From an uncultured Acidimicrobiia bacterium (GTDB taxonomy: Bacteria; Actinomycetota; Acidimicrobiia; Spongiisociales; ZC4RG35), in contig CAVXIT010000001.1 of the NCBI GenBank assembly GCA_963761985.1, forward strand, positions 52,003 through 116,002: a DNA stretch of 64,000 nucleotides, read 5' to 3'. A model generated the notes under the pieces. It worked only from the letters and a program-made list of their open reading frames with translations. It was not told the origin of the DNA and searched no databases. The position numbers and the translations under genes are program-made. Numbering within the stretch: the stretch's first letter is position 1; each line of letters opens with the position of its first letter. Of this stretch, positions 60,403 to 64,000 are shown piece after piece.

Positions 60403-60854
60403 GCCCGGAAACATTGCGAACGGTGACCGTCGATCGAATCGCTTTGGCCCGCTATCGGGTCACGAATGCCGCGGGTGACTCGATCGAAGTGGGCGAAGGC
60501 GGAGGTGCTTTGTCCGCGGTCGAGTTGCTGCTCGCGGCCATGGCGTGTTGCGCGGCGTCGGATGTGGATCACATCACCAGCAAACGATCAGAGCCGGAGA
60601 TGTTCTCGGTCGAAGCTCATGGCGACAAGATCCGCGACGAGCAAGGCAATCGCTTGATCAACCTGGCGCTCGACTTCAAGATCGACTTTCCAGAAGGGGA
60701 CGGCGGCGAGAGGGCCCGAGCCGTATTGCCAAGAGCGGTGGAGGAGACTCGCGACCGGCTTTGCACAGTTAGCCGAACCATCGCCCTCCCCAACGACCTC
60801 ACCTTCCGAGTCTCTCCCCGGGGAGAGCAACCGAAGGCGGGGTCGGGGGCATAG
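60399..60854 (+). CDS. OsmC/Ohr family protein
   Basis: LLLAAMACCAASDV OsmC Cys motif; 4-bp overlap with the preceding gene. Confidence 0.8.
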   Translation: MSPETLRTVTVDRIALARYRVTNAAGDSIEVGEGGGALSAVELLLAAMACCAASDVDHITSKRSEPEMFSVEAHGDKIRDEQGNRLINLALDFKIDFPEGDGGERARAVLPRAVEETRDRLCTVSRTIALPNDLTFRVSPRGEQPKAGSGA

Positions 60855-60879
60855 ACCTCTGAGAAAGCCCCCTCCCGCA

Positions 60880-60914
60880 CTCCCCTGGGGAGAACCGCTG
60901 ACTTATCAGTCAGC
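60880..60914. terminator. two adjacent hairpins (ctccc-ctg-gggag and gctgac-ttatca-gtcagc) between convergent osmC and ABC genes
   Basis: inverted repeats seen directly; the second includes the ABC stop codon; no U-tract. Confidence 0.4.
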
Positions 60915-62718
60915 TGGCGCTTTTTACCCCGCGATCCCAGTCGGCGTAGAGGCCGGAATAGACCCCACCGCGAGCAAGGAGCTCGGCATGGGTGCCTCGC
61001 TCCACCAAGCCGCCATGGTCGAACACGAGGATTTCGTCGGAGGCCTCCGCAGTGGAAAGTCGGTGGGCAACGGTGATCGAGGTTCGCCCGGCGGTGAGGA
61101 GCTCGATCGCTCGGCGCAAAGACACCTCGAGGTATGGATCGACCGCCGAGGTCGCCTCGTCTAGGACCAGTAAGTCCGGAGCCGAGATCCAGGCTCGGAC
61201 GAGCGCCACCAACTGACGTTCCCCGGTCGAAAGATTTGATCCTCGCTCCCCCACCTCGGTCGCGAGCCCGACTGGTAGACGCTCGACCCACTCGGTAAGA
61301 CCGAGTTGCTCGATCGCGCCTTCGATCTCCGCATCCGACGCGCCAGGGGCGCCGTAGCGAATGTTCTCGGCGACCGTTGCGTTGAAGAGGAATCCCTCCT
61401 GAGGCACAAAAGCCACCCGTTTCCGCAACGAGGAGAACTTGACGTTCTGGAGGGCGATGCCACCGATGGCAACCTCCCCCTCATCAGACTCGATAAGCCG
61501 CGTAGCGACTTTGGCAAAGGTCGTCTTGCCGGAGCCGGTTTCGCCAACGATCGCCACCCGCCGGCCTGCGGGTATGTCCAGGGTGATGTCAGATAGCACC
61601 ACCGGCCCTGAGGGATAGCGATAAGTCACGTCTCGCATCGAAAGCCCGAGCGGACCCTCCGGAAGATCGACGCCGTTTACGGGATCGGGGATGTCAACGG
61701 TTGTGTCGAGCACTCGCAAGACTCGTCTCACCCCCGCCGCGGCTCGTTGAGCCTGATCGATCGTCTCGACCAGGACCTGAACCGGATCGATCATCAGGTT
61801 GACCAGAAACAGGAAAGCCAGCAGCACTCCGGCCGAGGTTCCTGCGGCGGCTCCGAGGACAATTCCGATGCCGATCACCATCGCCGTGATGCTGGCTGCG
61901 AAAAGTTCGGCAGAGGAAAACAGAATGGCTGACAGGCGATTAGCCCTGTGCTCGACTTCGACCTGTGCCTTGAGCACGTTATCGACCCGAGTAATTGCCG
62001 TCTCCTCGACACCGTGGGCGCGGATGATCGGAAGGCCGGTAATGGTCTCGCTCATGACGGAAAGAGAATCAGCCACTCTTTCCCGTACCTGATCCTGGGA
62101 CCTTTGCAAGACTCCCTTAAAGAAGAGAAGCATCACTACGTAGACGACCACCCCAACCAGCACGAGCAGCGCCAGCTGCCATTGGTAAAAGAACATGACG
62201 GCAAGGGCGAGCAGGACCTGGGCCGAACCGATCAACATGCCGGTCCCACCCCACTCCATGAACTCTTGGATGGTGGAGATGTCGTTCGTGACCCGGGAGA
62301 CGAGAGCACCGCGCCGTTCTGACTGCACATGAAGGATCGACAGGCGATGGAGATGCGCAAACAGCTTCACCCGCAACTCACGGAGACCACCAGCCGTCAG
62401 ATTGGCCAATCGCATAACTGCGGCCCGTGTGGCGAGGGCCGTGAGGAAAAGAAGGCCGATCGCCAATGCTCCCTGGCCGATGACGACATCGATCCGGGGC
62501 CCTGCCTCGCTGAGAAGTTCTTGGTCGGTGATTTGCTGGACCACCACCGGAACGATTAGTTGGCCGATGGTGCCTAGTAAGGACAGCCCGATGGTGCCGA
62601 ACAGTCCCCGGCGCAGCGTCGGGGCTTCGACAAACGCGCGTCGAAGCGCTTGTGTGGTCGATATCGGCTCGCCGACAACCTCTTCTTCCTCGTCGAGGAC
62701 GACTGGCTCGGTCGTCAT
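60910..62718 (-). CDS. ABC transporter ATP-binding/permease protein (type I exporter half)
   Basis: six TM + NBD: GETGSGKTT Walker A, LSTGERQ signature, LLVLDEATSAVD Walker B. Confidence 0.85.
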   Translation of the reverse strand: MTTEPVVLDEEEEVVGEPISTTQALRRAFVEAPTLRRGLFGTIGLSLLGTIGQLIVPVVVQQITDQELLSEAGPRIDVVIGQGALAIGLLFLTALATRAAVMRLANLTAGGLRELRVKLFAHLHRLSILHVQSERRGALVSRVTNDISTIQEFMEWGGTGMLIGSAQVLLALAVMFFYQWQLALLVLVGVVVYVVMLLFFKGVLQRSQDQVRERVADSLSVMSETITGLPIIRAHGVEETAITRVDNVLKAQVEVEHRANRLSAILFSSAELFAASITAMVIGIGIVLGAAAGTSAGVLLAFLFLVNLMIDPVQVLVETIDQAQRAAAGVRRVLRVLDTTVDIPDPVNGVDLPEGPLGLSMRDVTYRYPSGPVVLSDITLDIPAGRRVAIVGETGSGKTTFAKVATRLIESDEGEVAIGGIALQNVKFSSLRKRVAFVPQEGFLFNATVAENIRYGAPGASDAEIEGAIEQLGLTEWVERLPVGLATEVGERGSNLSTGERQLVALVRAWISAPDLLVLDEATSAVDPYLEVSLRRAIELLTAGRTSITVAHRLSTAEASDEILVFDHGGLVERGTHAELLARGGVYSGLYADWDRGVKSAS

Positions 62719-63959
62719 GCACTTCTCCGCTGCTCGAGGTCCTCTTCGTAAGCCCGCAGAATTCGGGCATATCCGGGCGTCGTCGCCAACAACTCCTCGT
62801 GGGTGCCCTGCGCCGCGACTTCGCCGTCTTCGACATATACAACGCGGTCGGCGAGCATGATCGAGGCCCGTCGATAGGCGACGATGACCAGGGTGGCCGG
62901 CAGATCCGCGCGTGTGAGCTTGCGGAGAATGTTCGCCTCGACCGACGGATCGACTGCCGAAGTGGCATCGTCGAGCAGCAACAAGCGAGGCTTGCGAACC
63001 AGGGCACGAGCCAGGGCGATTCGCTGTTGTTGGCCCCCTGACAGCGATGTGCCGCGCTCACCGAGGCGGGTGTCGTAGCCACGCGGGAGCGCACTGATGA
63101 AGCCGTGGGCGCCTGCGAGCCGAGCGGCTTCCTCGATTTCCGCCAAGGGGATATCCGCCCCCAGATCGATGTTGCCCCGCACGGTGTCGTCGAAGAGGAA
63201 GGCGTTTTGGGCGACGTAGGACACTTCTTGCGGCAACTCGGAGCGTCCGAACTGACGGAGATCTCGTCCATCGAGGGTGATACTCCCCGTTTCGGGGTCC
63301 CAGAGCCTGGCGAGGAGGAGAACCAGAGTGGTCTTACCCGAGCCGGTGGCGCCGACGATGGCGACGGTCGTGCCTTCAGGCGCCTCGAGGTTTACACCGC
63401 GCAGCACCGGGACCTCGCCACCGTAAGAGAAGGCGACTTCTTCGCCCGCCAGCGCTGCCCCGGATCGATCGCTCGTGGCGCTGAGTTCCCCGTATTTGAC
63501 GAAGTCGTCGGCGACCAGAACATCTTGCACGCGCTCCCACCCCGCCAGGCTGGAGGCCATCTCCCAAATGACATACCCGACCAGGCGAACCGGCACGGCC
63601 GACAGAGCGAAGAGATAGGCAACGCTGATCATCTGTCCGGGAGTGACGGCACCGTTCCCAATGCGAATTGCGCCGAGGACAATGAGCAGGATGGCGGCGA
63701 GCTGAGGAATGCTGTCGGCGATCGTTCGGAAGAAGGCGAACTTGCGCCCGAGCCTCACGTATTCGTCTGCCAGGTTTCCGGCCGCGCGGTCGAAGCGAGC
63801 GGTCTCACTGGCTTCCCGCCCAAGAGCCTTGACGGTGAGCGCGCCGTCGAAACTCTCGTGAGCGACGTCGCTGACCACTCCGCGCAGATATTGGATTTTC
63901 TCGAAGCCCGAAAACGCGCTCCAGCTCCCCGTCATCTCCGTGTAGACGATGGCGAACAC
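62715..63959 (-). CDS. ABC transporter ATP-binding/permease protein, partner half (N-terminus beyond window end)
   Basis: GATGSGKTT, LSGGQQQR, LLLLDDATSAVD; 4-bp overlap with the downstream ABC gene. Confidence 0.85.
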   Translation of the reverse strand: MFAIVYTEMTGSWSAFSGFEKIQYLRGVVSDVAHESFDGALTVKALGREASETARFDRAAGNLADEYVRLGRKFAFFRTIADSIPQLAAILLIVLGAIRIGNGAVTPGQMISVAYLFALSAVPVRLVGYVIWEMASSLAGWERVQDVLVADDFVKYGELSATSDRSGAALAGEEVAFSYGGEVPVLRGVNLEAPEGTTVAIVGATGSGKTTLVLLLARLWDPETGSITLDGRDLRQFGRSELPQEVSYVAQNAFLFDDTVRGNIDLGADIPLAEIEEAARLAGAHGFISALPRGYDTRLGERGTSLSGGQQQRIALARALVRKPRLLLLDDATSAVDPSVEANILRKLTRADLPATLVIVAYRRASIMLADRVVYVEDGEVAAQGTHEELLATTPGYARILRAYEEDLEQRRSA

Positions 63960-64000
63960 CGCCGCGATCGTCAGCAGCCCCAGCCAGAGGTCGATCGAAA

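Noticed and set aside
1-64000. tRNA, rRNA, ncRNA, IS elements, integrase/transposase
   Set aside because: No intergenic region longer than ~270 bp. I saw no cloverleaf-compatible 70-90 nt segments, no inverted terminal repeats and no transposase or integrase motifs on either strand.

Overview
This is a high-GC (~65-70%) actinobacterial-type chromosomal segment of about 60 genes, almost entirely coding on both strands. I found no rRNA, tRNA or CRISPR, and every intergenic gap is under ~300 bp.

It reads as core genome, not a mobile island. The recognisable content:
- topA, ispD, a PIN-PhoH (PhoH2) ATPase, H+-pyrophosphatase, PolX, ftsH.
- A DUF1998 DExH helicase (SftH/MrfA-like) next to a complete Flp/Tad pilus locus (flp, two tadE-like, tadC, tadB, cpaF, ssd-like) and a HAD hydrolase. 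This matches the known mycobacterial Rv3649-Rv3661 'helicase/secretion neighbourhood'.
- valS, a four-gene conservon (cvnA-B-C-D) with a coiled-coil gene downstream, and an EVE-domain gene followed by a MASE1 histidine kinase.
- A cytochrome c / multi-pass membrane protein / cupredoxin cluster.
- leuC-leuD with a PPOX-family gene inserted between them.
- A hutH-hutU-hutI cluster interrupted by two non-hut genes, in which HutI carries an N-terminal ClpX-type zinc ribbon.
- A fused E1 alpha-beta dehydrogenase, kgd/sucA, a stand-alone LigD polymerase domain, OsmC and a heterodimeric ABC exporter.

The most striking sequence-level observation is a non-uniform set of single-base frameshifts, mostly +1. 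They hit topA, phoH2, cvnD, cvnA, a membrane protein, a DUF222-HNH gene, a macro-domain gene (three shifts), an anchored secreted protein and a small DUF3224-like gene. A ~19 kb stretch (6.4-25.6 kb) is completely clean, while the 35.4-39.4 kb stretch holds at least seven shifts. That stretch also has an unusually AT-rich divergent promoter patch and looks like a decaying accessory islet.

Other points worth a look:
- A near-identical ~80 nt direct repeat inside a small secreted Cys-motif protein gene.
- A CAGAYRT heptad/inverted-repeat element in the hutH / enoyl-CoA hydratase divergent intergenic.
- GC hairpins at two convergent gene ends.

Nothing here can be confidently called a new defence or mobile system from sequence alone.
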